From: Alloacidobacterium sp.
GTDB lineage: Bacteria; Acidobacteriota; Terriglobia; Terriglobales; Acidobacteriaceae
Reading direction: 5' to 3'
DNA: 64,000 nucleotides
Assembly: GCA_035547425.1 (NCBI GenBank)
Contig: DASZUU010000050.1
Coordinates: 26,645-90,644 of the forward strand
A program made the position numbers and the translations under genes. The notes beneath the pieces were generated by a model, which was given only the letters and a program-made list of their open reading frames with translations, searched no databases and was not told the DNA's origin. Shown one piece after another: positions 11,701 to 21,350 of this stretch (the first letter of the stretch is position 1; each line of letters starts with the position of its first letter).

Positions 11701-11893
11701 CTTCAAACTGCACCGCCTCCACCTGCAACCCCGTCCAGCTCTGCAGCGTTATATCCTGCGGCTTATCCTGGGCGGCGGGAACCGGCTGTTGCGCTTGTCC
11801 CGCGGCAAGCGACAGGGCTGTAAAAAAAACGACGAAAGCCACGCAGACAGCTCTGCGGCAAGCGCTTTTACAGGATTTGCAGCAAAAAACCAA
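8738..11893 (-). CDS. Omp85 family (BamA/TamA-like) outer membrane protein with multiple POTRA domains
   Basis: Signal peptide, POTRA-like repeats, L6 motif SHRGF (GGAQSHRGFG), C-terminal GPLRLDFSYNLN...FFFSIGQAF. Confidence 0.9.
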   Translation of the reverse strand: MVFCCKSCKSACRRAVCVAFVVFFTALSLAAGQAQQPVPAAQDKPQDITLQSWTGLQVEAVQFEGIDADRLAPLPQQLALQPHQPLDPMKVRESLRRLYETGLYKTISVEGLRHGDAVTIIFNGVQNLFIGRITVEGIKSTRLSGVLERSTRMNPGTVFSDNKLMQAQKLLQQTLEENGYYQVKIFASTTIDNSNSQVNVAFQIEQGKQARVGNVTVQGDSGMTVEQFRKKGKLKENSKVNRDTVSRAISRLRKNYQKQDHLEASLKLNSRDYQPPVNHLDYGFSAQRGPIVQINVNGASLSKGKIRNLVPVYEEGTVDEDLLNEGDRRIRDYFQRDGYFNVKVTHEEKVNDPQHSLITFHVDLGMKHKVVAVSVQGNKYFDSTLIRQRLSVQAASVVDRHGLYSQALAQADVNSITALYQSNGFSNVKVTPEVKDRDSAGGQKLKVAELSVNYVIEEGVQQRIGAYVINGEKQVQLSTLTPLLNTQSGQPYSSLNVTQDRDAILTYYLSHGFSNATVDMVQQPSSKDPNLIDITMNISEGDQIFVNRVLISGLHYTRPSTVEDRVLIHPGDPLNQTALLETQRKLYDLTLFNQVNTAIQNPQGDELRKNVLVQFTEARRWDLSYGFGFQAQTGNPQSNCLNPTALIKLGINPSDYNCNPNGNTGVTPAVLFNVSRINLRGTDKSVSLNTTYGSLEQRVQLIFSNPHLFDNPKFDAIVSGGYTNAQDVTTYASSRLEGSLRVTHHVNKPNTLIYLFSYRRVKVDPNTVQVAPDEIPLVSQPVRVGGPGITWIRDTRTPTPLDATSGTYNTVQESWADSHFGSQANFNRIDGTNASYYRFGEMKNWVLARSTRIASERSYGEGDAKLIPLPERLYAGGAQSHRGFGINGAGPRDSETGFPIGGAGAFINSTELRMPNPVLPYVGNSLGFVLFHDMGNVFENASSIWPSFIRVRQPHRDTCKDLNPADQEVPHQRSSTGGAGTCSFDYFSHAVGIGARYHTPIGPLRLDFSYNLNPPIYPVIFDYSNPTNPTENPHVGQAGHFNFFFSIGQAF

Positions 11894-12012
11894 TCGGTCC
11901 CCTCGAAATATGCTTCGAAATTCTAGGATGCAAGCCTTGTGGTTCCCGGCAGACGGTTTTCTCTGCTTCAGGATAAAGCGCTCTCCACTTTTTATACTAA
12001 TCAGTGACCCTT

Positions 12013-13047
12013 ATGAACGAGACGACACTCTCACAGTTTAGCGATAGATATTCGCGCCAGATTCTGTTTCCGGGAATCGGCGCAGAAGGACAGCAAAAGC
12101 TTGCCGCGGCGCATGTAGCTATCGTTGGCTGCGGAGCCACAGGCGCGGCAGCGGCAAGTCTGCTAGCCAGAGCCGGAATTGGAACGCTCACCCTTATCGA
12201 CCGCGATTATGTAGAAGAAAGCAATCTACAGCGGCAGGTATTGTTCGATGAAGAAGACGCGCGGCTCGCGCTTCCGAAAGCTGAGGCGGCGCGCCGCAAA
12301 ATTGCTCTTTTTAACAGCGAAATTAAAGTTCGTGCGCACATCGCGGACCTCGTCCCCGACAATATTTATGAATTATTAAGCGAAGCTCAGCTCGTTCTCG
12401 ATGCGACGGACAATTTTGAAACCCGCTATCTGCTGAACGATTACGCCGTTGAGCAGAACAAGCCGTGGATCTATGCTGCCGCCATCGGCGCTTATGCCGT
12501 TACGATGAATATTCTTCCCGGAGAGACGGCATGCCTGGCCTGTATCTTTCCCAAGCCTCCCTCGGGCGCTGTAGAAACCTGTGACACCGCCGGCATCCTC
12601 AATCCCGCAGTCAATCTTGCCGCTTCTGTGGAAGTAGCCGAGGCGCTCAAGTTGTTGACCGGAGCAAAAGACAAACTGCGGCGCACCCTTCTTTCCTTCG
12701 ATCTCTGGAGCAATGAGCGGTCGGAAGTGTCCACCGCGCGGCCTCGTCCCGATTGCGAGGTCTGCAGCGAGCGAAATTTTGCTCACCTGCGCGGCGAGGG
12801 GCGTCCTCATATCACGCTTTGCGGGCGCAACTCCGTGCAGATTCACGAGCACCATCGACCGGTAGATTTTGCCGAGATGCAAGCAAGGCTTCAGCCGCAC
12901 GGCAATGTGCGCTTTAACAACCTGTTGTTGCGGTTTGAGCGGGGCGAGCACACCATTACGCTTTTTGCCGACGGACGCGCCCTCATCCAGGGCACCACGG
13001 ATATCACCCTGGCTCGCAGTCTTTACGCGCGCTATATCGGTTCCTGA
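12013..13047 (+). CDS. ThiF/MoeB family adenylyltransferase
   Basis: RYSRQILF, VGCGATG, DRDYVEESNLQRQ, DATDNFETR, CxxC pairs. Confidence 0.92.
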   Translation: MNETTLSQFSDRYSRQILFPGIGAEGQQKLAAAHVAIVGCGATGAAAASLLARAGIGTLTLIDRDYVEESNLQRQVLFDEEDARLALPKAEAARRKIALFNSEIKVRAHIADLVPDNIYELLSEAQLVLDATDNFETRYLLNDYAVEQNKPWIYAAAIGAYAVTMNILPGETACLACIFPKPPSGAVETCDTAGILNPAVNLAASVEVAEALKLLTGAKDKLRRTLLSFDLWSNERSEVSTARPRPDCEVCSERNFAHLRGEGRPHITLCGRNSVQIHEHHRPVDFAEMQARLQPHGNVRFNNLLLRFERGEHTITLFADGRALIQGTTDITLARSLYARYIGS

Positions 13048-13200
13048 TGCAACCATTCCCGCCCCTTCGCCTTCTTACCCATAGCCTTCAAAAGCCCTTA
13101 ATTACTGGACGTTGGAATGAATCTGGCAATACCGACGAAATCCGAAAAAGAATTGACGGGAAGAGGAAAGCGTGGAATTTTCAAGACAGGTGATCTGCGG

Positions 13201-13836
13201 ATGAACGCAAGACCGATGCAGGAACAAAAACCGATCCAACATATGCGCAGAAACCCCCCGATCGCAGGCGAAGCTGAAGCGATAGCCAAAGCACAGGCCG
13301 GCGATGCTCAATCATTTGAAATGCTCTACTCATTGCACAAACGGCGCGTGTACTCGCTCTGCCTGCGCATGCTTGGCAATGTGGCTGAGGCTGAAGACCT
13401 GACGCAGGAAGCATTTCTTCAGCTGTATCGCAAAATCGGAACCTTTCGCGGCGACTCGGCATTTTCGACATGGCTGCACCGGCTGGCGGTTAACGTGGTC
13501 CTTATGCACCTTCGCAAAAAAGGCCTCCCGCAGGTGTCGCTGGAAGAAGCGCTCGAGCCTTCGCAGGAAGATGGTCCCCGCAAAGACATCGGTGAGCGCG
13601 ATCTAATGCTTCACGGCTCTCTCGATCGTGTCGCCCTGGAGCGCGCTGTAGAAAATCTGCCTCCAGGCTATAGGCTGGTTTTTGTGCTGCATGACGTTGA
13701 GGGATATGAGCACAATGAAATCGCAGACATGCTGAGCTGCTCCATCGGCAACAGCAAGTCGCAACTGCATAAAGCGCGTATGAAACTGCGCGATCTTCTC
13801 CGCACCGGACAGCGGAAAGAGGAGTCGATTGCATGA
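13201..13836 (+). CDS. ECF RNA polymerase sigma factor
   Basis: [35 protein letters not shown] region 2 and [21 protein letters not shown] region 4. Start codon uncertain (13117/13201/13216). Confidence 0.92.
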   Translation: MNARPMQEQKPIQHMRRNPPIAGEAEAIAKAQAGDAQSFEMLYSLHKRRVYSLCLRMLGNVAEAEDLTQEAFLQLYRKIGTFRGDSAFSTWLHRLAVNVVLMHLRKKGLPQVSLEEALEPSQEDGPRKDIGERDLMLHGSLDRVALERAVENLPPGYRLVFVLHDVEGYEHNEIADMLSCSIGNSKSQLHKARMKLRDLLRTGQRKEESIA

Positions 13837-14123
13837 GTGACGCGCACAATAAGTTAAGTGGAAAATCAATGAATTGCGCGGAATTTCAAGAAAGATTACC
13901 CGAACTGTTTGAATCGGGCGCAAATGTCAGCCAGGAAGAGCACGTGCTCGGCTGCGAAAATTGCGCGTCCCTGGTGCGCGATCTGGAATATATCGCCGCT
14001 CAGGCAAAATTACTGCTGCCTATCCATGATCCCAGCCCTAAAGTCTGGAATTATATTGAATCGGCAATTCAGAACGAGCATGCAGAACAGAAGATTCCTG
14101 AGCATTCCGGCAAGCGGTCATAG
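13833..14123 (+). CDS. Zinc-binding (ZAS) anti-sigma factor, soluble
   Basis: 4-nt overlap with the sigma gene; [10 protein letters not shown]...HVLGCENC (HxxxCxxC); no TM segment. Confidence 0.82.
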   Translation: MSDAHNKLSGKSMNCAEFQERLPELFESGANVSQEEHVLGCENCASLVRDLEYIAAQAKLLLPIHDPSPKVWNYIESAIQNEHAEQKIPEHSGKRS

Positions 14124-14147
14124 CCTTACCCCTCTGCCGTTCTTATA

Positions 14148-14723
14148 ATGCAGGAACGCATGGAGATGAAGACTCAACTGCCGGCCAGCGTTTCGCGTAT
14201 CGTGCTCGTGGGATTCATGGGCGCCGGGAAATCAACCATCGGCGCTTTACTCGCACAGCAGTTGCAGTGGAACTTTCTCGACGCGGATCAGGTTCTGGAA
14301 TCACGCCTGCAGATGACAATCGCCCAGATTTTTGACCAGCGGGGCGAGAAGGAATTCCGTCGCCTCGAAAGCCTGCTCATTCACGAGCTGGCCGCTCAGG
14401 ATCGCCTGGTGCTCGCGCTCGGCGGCGGCGCCATGGAAACGGAAGCGACACGCGAATTGATCCTTCAATCTCCTGACACCTGCGTCATTTTCCTCAAGGC
14501 GCCGCTGGAAGTCATGATCGCGCGCTGCGAACAGCAGCCGGGAGCCGCAATCCGCCCGGTCCTCAATGACCGCGAACGGCTGCTCCAGCGTTTTCAAAGC
14601 CGCCTGCCCCACTACGAGCGGGCGCATCTCGTGATCGAAACTGCGCAGTTGACCATACAGGAAACCTCACACCAGATTGTTGCAGCACTCAGCGCCTCAC
14701 TGAAGGAAAACGCGCCTGCATGA
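14148..14723 (+). CDS. aroK: Shikimate kinase
   Basis: GFMGAGKSTIG P-loop, FRRLE, LGGG, IRPVL. Confidence 0.93.
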   Translation: MQERMEMKTQLPASVSRIVLVGFMGAGKSTIGALLAQQLQWNFLDADQVLESRLQMTIAQIFDQRGEKEFRRLESLLIHELAAQDRLVLALGGGAMETEATRELILQSPDTCVIFLKAPLEVMIARCEQQPGAAIRPVLNDRERLLQRFQSRLPHYERAHLVIETAQLTIQETSHQIVAALSASLKENAPA

Positions 14724-15796
14724 GCGAAAACTCCAGCCCACGAGTCCGTACCTTGCGCAGTGACATCACATTTGCCTTCGCTCTGGCCATCGGCCTTTAT
14801 CTCGCATGGTTCGTGCGCGATGTTCTTGTCCTCATATACGTGAGCGCCCTGTTTGCCGTGGTTCTGGCCCCCGTGCTGCGGGGCATTATGAAGCTCCATA
14901 TCGGCAACTGGAAGCCCGGACGGGGCACAGCCATTCTGATCTTGTTCCTGATCGTCGCTGTTTTCGTCACTCTCTTCGCGATGTTCGCTCTGCCTCCCGT
15001 GGTGCGGGACATCCGCGAGTTCATCAGCGAGCTGCCCACTCGCGGGCCGCAGCTGCTTTCGCGCGTGCGCCGCATCCCCATGATGCAGCGAGTTAATATA
15101 GACGCATTGAACGCCAAGCTCCAGGATTTTGCCGCAAATTTTGCTACCTATCTGCTGCTTTCCATACGCCACTGGGCAAGCAAGCTCTTCGACATCATCA
15201 CGACTATCGTTCTCACTGTGTATTTCATGCTCGAAGGCGATACCGCATACCGCTGGATTCTGAGCTTCTTCCCTGTCGGCATGCGCCAGCGGCTCGATGT
15301 GACTCTGGGCCGCGCCGAAGCGCGCATGGGGAAATGGCTTCTGGGCCAGGGCACTCTCATGCTGATTCTCGGCGTATCCAGCACCATTCTCTTCGTCGCG
15401 CTCGATATTCGCTACGCCTATGCGCTCGGCGTGCTCATGGGGCTCTTCAATATCATCCCCATTGCCGGTGCAGTGATTACGGTGACGCTGGCGATTCTGG
15501 TTGCCGCCATCGACTCCTGGGGCCGCGTCATCGGGGTGGTAATTTTTTACGCCATCTATGCCCAGGTAGAAACCTCTTACCTCACCCCGCGCATCATGCG
15601 CTCCAGCGTCGATCTGCCCGGGCTCGCCGTCATCGTCGCCCTGCTTCTCGGTTCCGCCTTCGACGGTATCGTAGGCGCCATGGTGGCCGTGCCTACGGCG
15701 GTACTTGTGGCCGTGCTGCTGGATGAATACGCCGTGCAGACCGAACCGATCATCGCCGCGCCCAAGCCCGTCGAGCCGGCAAAATCCATTCTTTAA
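14720..15796 (+). CDS. AI-2E family transporter
   Basis: Multi-TM, FNIIPIAG, YLTPRIM, GIVGAMVAVP motifs. Confidence 0.88.
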   Translation: MSENSSPRVRTLRSDITFAFALAIGLYLAWFVRDVLVLIYVSALFAVVLAPVLRGIMKLHIGNWKPGRGTAILILFLIVAVFVTLFAMFALPPVVRDIREFISELPTRGPQLLSRVRRIPMMQRVNIDALNAKLQDFAANFATYLLLSIRHWASKLFDIITTIVLTVYFMLEGDTAYRWILSFFPVGMRQRLDVTLGRAEARMGKWLLGQGTLMLILGVSSTILFVALDIRYAYALGVLMGLFNIIPIAGAVITVTLAILVAAIDSWGRVIGVVIFYAIYAQVETSYLTPRIMRSSVDLPGLAVIVALLLGSAFDGIVGAMVAVPTAVLVAVLLDEYAVQTEPIIAAPKPVEPAKSIL

Positions 15797-15900
15797 GAAA
15801 AACTTTCCCTTGGGCGCAGGCACGCCTGCAATCGGTCCATCCGCTTGATATCATGAGGAGTGGTTCCAACCGCACAATTTCCTTCCGGACGAGTAGATCG

Positions 15901-16893
15901 ATGATGCCGGCAGCTCCTGCTTCTTCTGTCGTTGAAGAAAGCGCCGTCGCGCCCGTCGAGAAAACTGCTTTGCCCCATCCGCATTTGCAAGCCGGCGAAA
16001 CCGCTTCCCGCATTGCCGACTACGCCGAGTTATTCAAGTTCCGCGTTACCGCGCTAGTCGTCATGACAGCCTGGGCCGGCTTTTACCTCGGATCCATGCG
16101 CAGCGGCATCAGCAGCGTGCAGCCGGGGCTGATTGCCGCCCTGCTGGGCATCGGACTGGTTTCCGCCGGGTCGGCAGCTCTCAATGAAGCACTGGAGCGC
16201 AAGCTGGACGCGAAGATGATCCGCACCTCGCAGCGCCCCATGGCCTCCGGACGCATCAGCCTGCCGCATGGCCTTTTGCTTGGCCTGCTTGCCATGGTTT
16301 CCGGCGCCGTCTGGCTGACCTACGCCACAAACGTCATTACCGGAACGCTGACGCTCATCACCGCATTCAGCTACGTAGCGATCTATACCCCGCTCAAGCG
16401 TCACACCACATTGGCTACGTTTATCGGAGCTTTTCCCGGAGCCATGCCTCCGCTCCTTGGCTGGACTGCCGCGCGCGGCGTGATCGAATGGCCCGCAGTC
16501 GCGCTCTTCGCGATTCTCTTCGTCTGGCAGTTTCCGCATTTTATGGCCATTGCCTGGCTCTACAAGGAAGATTACGGCCGCGCCGGCATTCGCATGCTTC
16601 CCGTAGTGCAGCCCGATGGCTGGTCCACCGTGCTCGAAGCCCTGATATACGCCATCATCATGATTCCGGTGAGCCTGCTGCCGGTATATCTGCAGATCGC
16701 CGGAAAAGTCTACGGCGCGACCGCCCTGCTGCTGGGCCTCGTATACCTCGGCTACACCATTCGCTTTGGCCGCATTACGCGGGCACGCAGCACGGTGGAA
16801 TCGAAAATGTACGCCCGCGATCTGCTGAAGGTGAGTGTCATTTATCTTCCAGTGCTGCTCACCGTACTCATGCTCAACGCAATCGGGAAATAA
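15901..16893 (+). CDS. cyoE: Heme O synthase (protoheme IX farnesyltransferase)
   Basis: LNEALERKLDAKMIRTSQRPM, YTPLKR, GAFPGAMPPLLGW, WQFPHFMAIAW. Confidence 0.95.
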   Translation: MMPAAPASSVVEESAVAPVEKTALPHPHLQAGETASRIADYAELFKFRVTALVVMTAWAGFYLGSMRSGISSVQPGLIAALLGIGLVSAGSAALNEALERKLDAKMIRTSQRPMASGRISLPHGLLLGLLAMVSGAVWLTYATNVITGTLTLITAFSYVAIYTPLKRHTTLATFIGAFPGAMPPLLGWTAARGVIEWPAVALFAILFVWQFPHFMAIAWLYKEDYGRAGIRMLPVVQPDGWSTVLEALIYAIIMIPVSLLPVYLQIAGKVYGATALLLGLVYLGYTIRFGRITRARSTVESKMYARDLLKVSVIYLPVLLTVLMLNAIGK

Positions 16894-16917
16894 CAAACAG
16901 CCCTTAAAGAAGTACCT

Positions 16918-17913
16918 ATGGCAACAACGACACAATACGAGAAGATGGACGCGAAGACCCCGATCCATCAGCCTGCGCCCATTTCGCTGCAGCAACTGAC
17001 GCACAACTACGGCTCACGTCTTGCGCTCGATCACCTGACCTTCGATGTGCGGCCTGCGGAAATCTTCGGCCTGCTCGGCCCCAACGGCAGCGGCAAAACG
17101 ACACTCTTCCGCATCCTCTCCACGCTGATGGTCCCCACCGGCGGCCACGCCTATCTGCATGGCTTCGACGCAGCCACAGAGCCCAACAAGGTGCGTCAGC
17201 AGACAGGCATTGTCTTTCAGGCCCGCAGCCTCGACATCAAGCTCACAGTCGCCGAAAACCTTAAGCACCAGGGCCACCTTTACGGATTAAAAGGCACGTA
17301 CCTCAAGCGTCGTACGGAAGAAGTGCTCGCGCGCGTTGGCTTGTCTGATCGCGCGAAGGATACCGTCGAAACGCTCTCCGGAGGCATGCAGCGCCGCGTC
17401 GAACTAGCCAAGGGGCTGATTCACTCCCCTTCCATCCTGTTGCTCGATGAGCCGTCCACCGGCCTCGATCCCGGCGCGCGCCGCGACGTATGGCAATACC
17501 TGCGCATGCTGCGCGACGAGGAAGGCGTCTCCATACTGGTAACAACCCACCTGATGGAAGAAGCAGAACACTGCGACCGGCTCGCTATTCTGAGCGAAGG
17601 CAAGCTGGTGGCGCTTGGCTCGCCCTTTGAGCTGAAATCCGAGATTGGCGGCGACGTGGTGACCTTTGAAACCGCCGGCCCGGAAGCCGCCGAAACGCTT
17701 TCGCAAAAAATCGCCAACCGCTTCATTCTTTCACCTACCGTGCTTGGCAACACCGTTCGGCTCGAACGCAAGGACGGCCACAAATTCGTTACCGAAGTCG
17801 TCGAAGGCTTTCCCGGCCTGGTGGAAGGCATCTCGGTATCCAAGCCCAGCCTGGAAGACGTCTTCATCCAGCGAACCGGTCATCGCTTCTGGACCGAAAA
17901 GGAGTCGGAATAA
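16918..17913 (+). CDS. ABC transporter ATP-binding protein (ABC-2 type)
   Basis: GPNGSGKTT, LSGGMQRR, LLLDEPSTGLD, TTH. Confidence 0.95.
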   Translation: MATTTQYEKMDAKTPIHQPAPISLQQLTHNYGSRLALDHLTFDVRPAEIFGLLGPNGSGKTTLFRILSTLMVPTGGHAYLHGFDAATEPNKVRQQTGIVFQARSLDIKLTVAENLKHQGHLYGLKGTYLKRRTEEVLARVGLSDRAKDTVETLSGGMQRRVELAKGLIHSPSILLLDEPSTGLDPGARRDVWQYLRMLRDEEGVSILVTTHLMEEAEHCDRLAILSEGKLVALGSPFELKSEIGGDVVTFETAGPEAAETLSQKIANRFILSPTVLGNTVRLERKDGHKFVTEVVEGFPGLVEGISVSKPSLEDVFIQRTGHRFWTEKESE

Positions 17914-17915
17914 TC

Positions 17916-18746
17916 ATGGCTACCATTGCTGCCGCCGCTCCCGCGCATCGCATGCAACAGCCGCAGAAAGTCGGCATCTGGACCCCGGCTTACACCCTCT
18001 GGCTGCGCGAAATCGTCCGCTTCTACCGCCAGAAGGCGCGCGTTGTCGGCGTGATCGCTTCCCCGCTGCTCTTCTGGTTTGTGCTCGGCTCAGGCTTTGC
18101 CCACAGCTTCCATAACGGCAGCACCGGCTCCGACGCCTATCTCGGCTACTTCTTTCCCGGCGCCGTCGTCATGATCGTGCTCTTCACCGCGATCTTCAGC
18201 ATGATGTCGCTCATCCAGGACCGCAACGAAGGTTTCCTGCTATCGGTTCTCGCCGCACCTGTCAGCCGCTCTTCCATCGTGCTTGGAAAAGTACTAGGCG
18301 GCGCAACACTCGCGGCCATTCAGGGCATCGTCTTTCTCGTCTTTACGCCGCTCATCGGCGTGCATCCAGGCTTGTCCGCAATCGCCGTCAGCATCGCGGC
18401 CATCATCATGATCAGCTTTGAGCTGACAGCCCTCGGCTTCGCCATTGCGTGGCCCATGGATTCGCCGCAGGCCTTCCACGCCATCGTCAACCTCATCCTG
18501 CTCCCGCTCTGGATGCTCTCCGGCGCCATCTTCCCCGCCGGCGGCGCTTCCGGATGGCTGCGAATTCTGATGGAGATCAATCCGCTCACTTACGGAGTGG
18601 ATGCGCTGCGCAACGCGCTTTTCCCCACGCAGGCAACTACGTATTCGCTTGGCGTGAACCTTATCGTCACGCTTGCATTCTGCGCCGTCACGTTCGCCGC
18701 ATCCTGGGCCATCGTGAACCGGCGCACCCATCAACCCGCAGCATAG
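17916..18746 (+). CDS. ABC-2 type transporter permease
   Basis: Six TM segments, NPLTYGVDALR motif. Confidence 0.92.
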   Translation: MATIAAAAPAHRMQQPQKVGIWTPAYTLWLREIVRFYRQKARVVGVIASPLLFWFVLGSGFAHSFHNGSTGSDAYLGYFFPGAVVMIVLFTAIFSMMSLIQDRNEGFLLSVLAAPVSRSSIVLGKVLGGATLAAIQGIVFLVFTPLIGVHPGLSAIAVSIAAIIMISFELTALGFAIAWPMDSPQAFHAIVNLILLPLWMLSGAIFPAGGASGWLRILMEINPLTYGVDALRNALFPTQATTYSLGVNLIVTLAFCAVTFAASWAIVNRRTHQPAA

Positions 18747-18755
18747 AGAAAAAGA

Positions 18756-19289
18756 ATGGAAGAGACACCAGGCAGCCGCGCTCCAATCGCTACGATCATT
18801 GGCATCAGTATCGTTGCCATATTTTTCCTTTTGTGGCTCGTTTACATACACCCGCCGTCGCAGGAATATGCTTCGCGCCTGCTTTTCTTACCAGCGCTCA
18901 ATGCTCTGTTCAACGCCATGAGCGCGGTCGCGCTCCTCGTCGGCTTCTCGTATATTCACAAGCGCAATATTCCCGCGCATAGGGCGTCCATGCTAACCGC
19001 CTTCGCGTTCTCGGTACTTTTCCTGATCACGTACACGACCAATCACGCGCTCCATGGCGAAATGCGTTTTCCCGGACACGGCGCTGCCCGCACTTTTTAT
19101 CTGGCACTGCTCATCAGCCACATACTGCTCTCGGTTGCTGCGCTGCCCATGATCCTGATTACCTTCTTCTTCTCGCTTTCGGGGCGGTTCCCGCAGCATA
19201 AGAAGATCGCGCGATTTACATTTCCTGTCTGGCTGTATGTTTCTGTAACCGGAGTCATTGTGTATGCCATGCTGGCAACCTGGCGATGA
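18756..19289 (+). CDS. DUF420 / CtaM-like membrane protein
   Basis: LPALNALFN, HRASML, LISHILLS, HKKIARFTFPVWLYVSVTGVIVY. Confidence 0.88.
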   Translation: MEETPGSRAPIATIIGISIVAIFFLLWLVYIHPPSQEYASRLLFLPALNALFNAMSAVALLVGFSYIHKRNIPAHRASMLTAFAFSVLFLITYTTNHALHGEMRFPGHGAARTFYLALLISHILLSVAALPMILITFFFSLSGRFPQHKKIARFTFPVWLYVSVTGVIVYAMLATWR

Positions 19290-19322
19290 CACGGCTCTGC
19301 AACTGAGGTAAATTTCAAAGAA

Positions 19323-19637
19323 ATGCCGCTTGTAACCGAACAATCGCCGGAGCAACAGCCGCTGGCTCACAGCAATGAAGAGAGCCTGCCTGCGCCGGAG
19401 CAAGGCGATGGCACCCGGCAGCTTCTGCAATCGGGGTTCGGCACACTAGCGGTAGGACTTCTTGCCGCTGCCCTCGCCCAGTTTGCCTTCGGCGGCATAG
19501 GCCCGCAGGGACCGCACACAAATTCCGGATGGCTCGCCCTCATTGTGGCCATGATGTGCCTGCCCTTCGGTTCCTTGGTCACGCTCCTGGGAGTCGCCAA
19601 GTGGCTCAGGAACCGGAAACTGAAAGCACAATCCTAG
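19323..19637 (+). CDS. Hypothetical 2-TM membrane protein
   Basis: GAGG SD, two hydrophobic helices, in line with the upstream operon. Confidence 0.65.
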   Translation: MPLVTEQSPEQQPLAHSNEESLPAPEQGDGTRQLLQSGFGTLAVGLLAAALAQFAFGGIGPQGPHTNSGWLALIVAMMCLPFGSLVTLLGVAKWLRNRKLKAQS

Positions 19638-19690
19638 AAAGCTCTTCCCGCCAAACATTTCCTGCCCGCGCCTAGTAAACTGGAAGCAGC

Positions 19691-20749
19691 ATGATTCCAA
19701 CACTTGAATGGACCCCGGAAGGCGTCCGCTTCCTCGACCAGACGAAGCTTCCGCTTGAAGAAACCTATGTGCTTGCCGCCAGCTATCAGCAGGTAGCCGA
19801 CATCATCACGACCATGGTTGTGCGCGGCGCCCCGGCTATCGGCGTTTCCGCCGCTATGGGCGTTGCCCTGGGCGTCAAGCAGAGCAAAGCCGCTGCCATT
19901 GCCGATCTGGCAAAAGAATTCGACACCATCTGCAATACTCTCGCCGCCACGCGCCCCACGGCTGTCAACCTGTTCTGGGCAATCGCTCGCATGCGCGACC
20001 GCTTTTCCGCTCTTGCAGCCCAGCCCGGCATCACTCGCGAAGCCATCGCCGAAGCGCTGACAAAAGAAGCGCTGCTGATGTACGACGAAGACATTGCCGC
20101 CTGCAAAACCATGGGCGCAAACGGGGCCGCGCTTCTGCCGCAATCCGGCGGCGTGCTTACCCACTGCAACGCCGGCGCTCTGGCCACTTGCGGCTACGGT
20201 ACGGCTCTTGGCGTAATTCGCGCTGCCGTCGAACGCGGACACAACATCCACGTCTATGCCGATGAAACACGTCCCTTCCTGCAGGGCGCGCGTCTGACCG
20301 CATGGGAGTTGATGCACGATAACATTCCGACGACAGTCCTTTGCGACAACATGGCCGCCAGCCTCATGCGCCAGGGAAAAATTCGCGCCGTGGTGGTGGG
20401 CGCTGACCGCATTGCCGCGAACGGCGACGTAGCCAACAAGATCGGCACCTATAACGTTGCCATCCTCGCAAAAGAGCACGGAATTCCGTTCTATGTGGCC
20501 GCGCCGTGGTCCACCATTGATCTCGCAACCGCCACCGGAGACGAGATTCCCATCGAGCAGCGCGCACAGGTAGAAGTGACGCACCACGCGGGAAAGCAGT
20601 TGACGCCTCACGGTGTCGGCATCGAGAATCCGGCATTCGACGTCACGCCTGCGAAGTATGTGACCGCAATTATCACCGAACGCGGCGTTTTGCACGCGCC
20701 CTATGCCGAATCGCTGATGGCGCTGGAAGCTGCTCCGGTATCAAACTAA
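19691..20749 (+). CDS. mtnA: S-methyl-5-thioribose-1-phosphate isomerase
   Basis: [52 protein letters not shown]. Confidence 0.96.
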   Translation: MIPTLEWTPEGVRFLDQTKLPLEETYVLAASYQQVADIITTMVVRGAPAIGVSAAMGVALGVKQSKAAAIADLAKEFDTICNTLAATRPTAVNLFWAIARMRDRFSALAAQPGITREAIAEALTKEALLMYDEDIAACKTMGANGAALLPQSGGVLTHCNAGALATCGYGTALGVIRAAVERGHNIHVYADETRPFLQGARLTAWELMHDNIPTTVLCDNMAASLMRQGKIRAVVVGADRIAANGDVANKIGTYNVAILAKEHGIPFYVAAPWSTIDLATATGDEIPIEQRAQVEVTHHAGKQLTPHGVGIENPAFDVTPAKYVTAIITERGVLHAPYAESLMALEAAPVSN

Positions 20750-20766
20750 ACAGCAGATACAAGAAA

Positions 20767-20800
20767 GCCCTGTAATCCCGATCGGATTACAGGGCCTTTT
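20767..20800. terminator. Intrinsic terminator between mtnA and the convergent cassette
   Basis: 12-bp perfect stem gccctgtaatcc/ggattacagggc followed by Ts. Confidence 0.8.
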
Positions 20801-20813
20801 GATTTTGAAGTTT

Positions 20814-21341
20814 TTAGAGGGCTTCTGCGAGTACCGGGAAGAGTAGGTACTGGTTGGTTTCGTAGAGAGCCAGCAGCCGTCGCGTCATCAGGTAATAGGA
20901 AGCAGCTGCCTGATGCACATAAAACGGAATCCGAAGCTGACCGCGGCGCAAGCGGGAATTCCAACGAACCCGGCGAATGGCGCGCTTCAGCAGAACAGAG
21001 TCATGGCGGATGCGCTCAGAAACGATAATTGCCTGATCGTAGTTCCAGTTCCGCACATATGCGGCGAGGGCGATCATCAGGTCAGCATTCTTTTCCATGC
21101 GACGCAGCCCTTCCGTGCCGCCTACGAGCCCCCAGATTTCATCTGGTTCCAGGCGAAGCTGATTCTTTTCCGGATTCAGGTGATCGAGCGCAACTAGCTC
21201 CAGACCACGCATGTGCATCGGCTCAATCGAGGTGACCAACGTTTGCCAATCTTTGGATAGCAGCTTCCGCGATCGAATTTGCGCATAGGCCAGCGCAACA
21301 ATCGCTACTACCCCAAACACACTCAGCGCAATATATCCCAT
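20814..21341 (-). CDS. Hypothetical protein with N-terminal TM anchor (cassette gene 3)
   Basis: 175 aa, hydrophobic residues ~3-20, helical basic C-terminal domain; starts 9 nt after the 7-TM gene stop. Confidence 0.8.
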   Translation of the reverse strand: MGYIALSVFGVVAIVALAYAQIRSRKLLSKDWQTLVTSIEPMHMRGLELVALDHLNPEKNQLRLEPDEIWGLVGGTEGLRRMEKNADLMIALAAYVRNWNYDQAIIVSERIRHDSVLLKRAIRRVRWNSRLRRGQLRIPFYVHQAAASYYLMTRRLLALYETNQYLLFPVLAEAL

Positions 21342-21350
21342 AGGCAGCCT

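Noticed and set aside
16054-17004. Long antisense or alternate-frame ORFs (also 9773-10741, 19634-20695, 23203-24258, 25280-26206, 34687-35952, 36631-37635, 38511-39539)
   Set aside because: Shadows of well-supported genes in GC-rich, codon-biased DNA, with no motifs.
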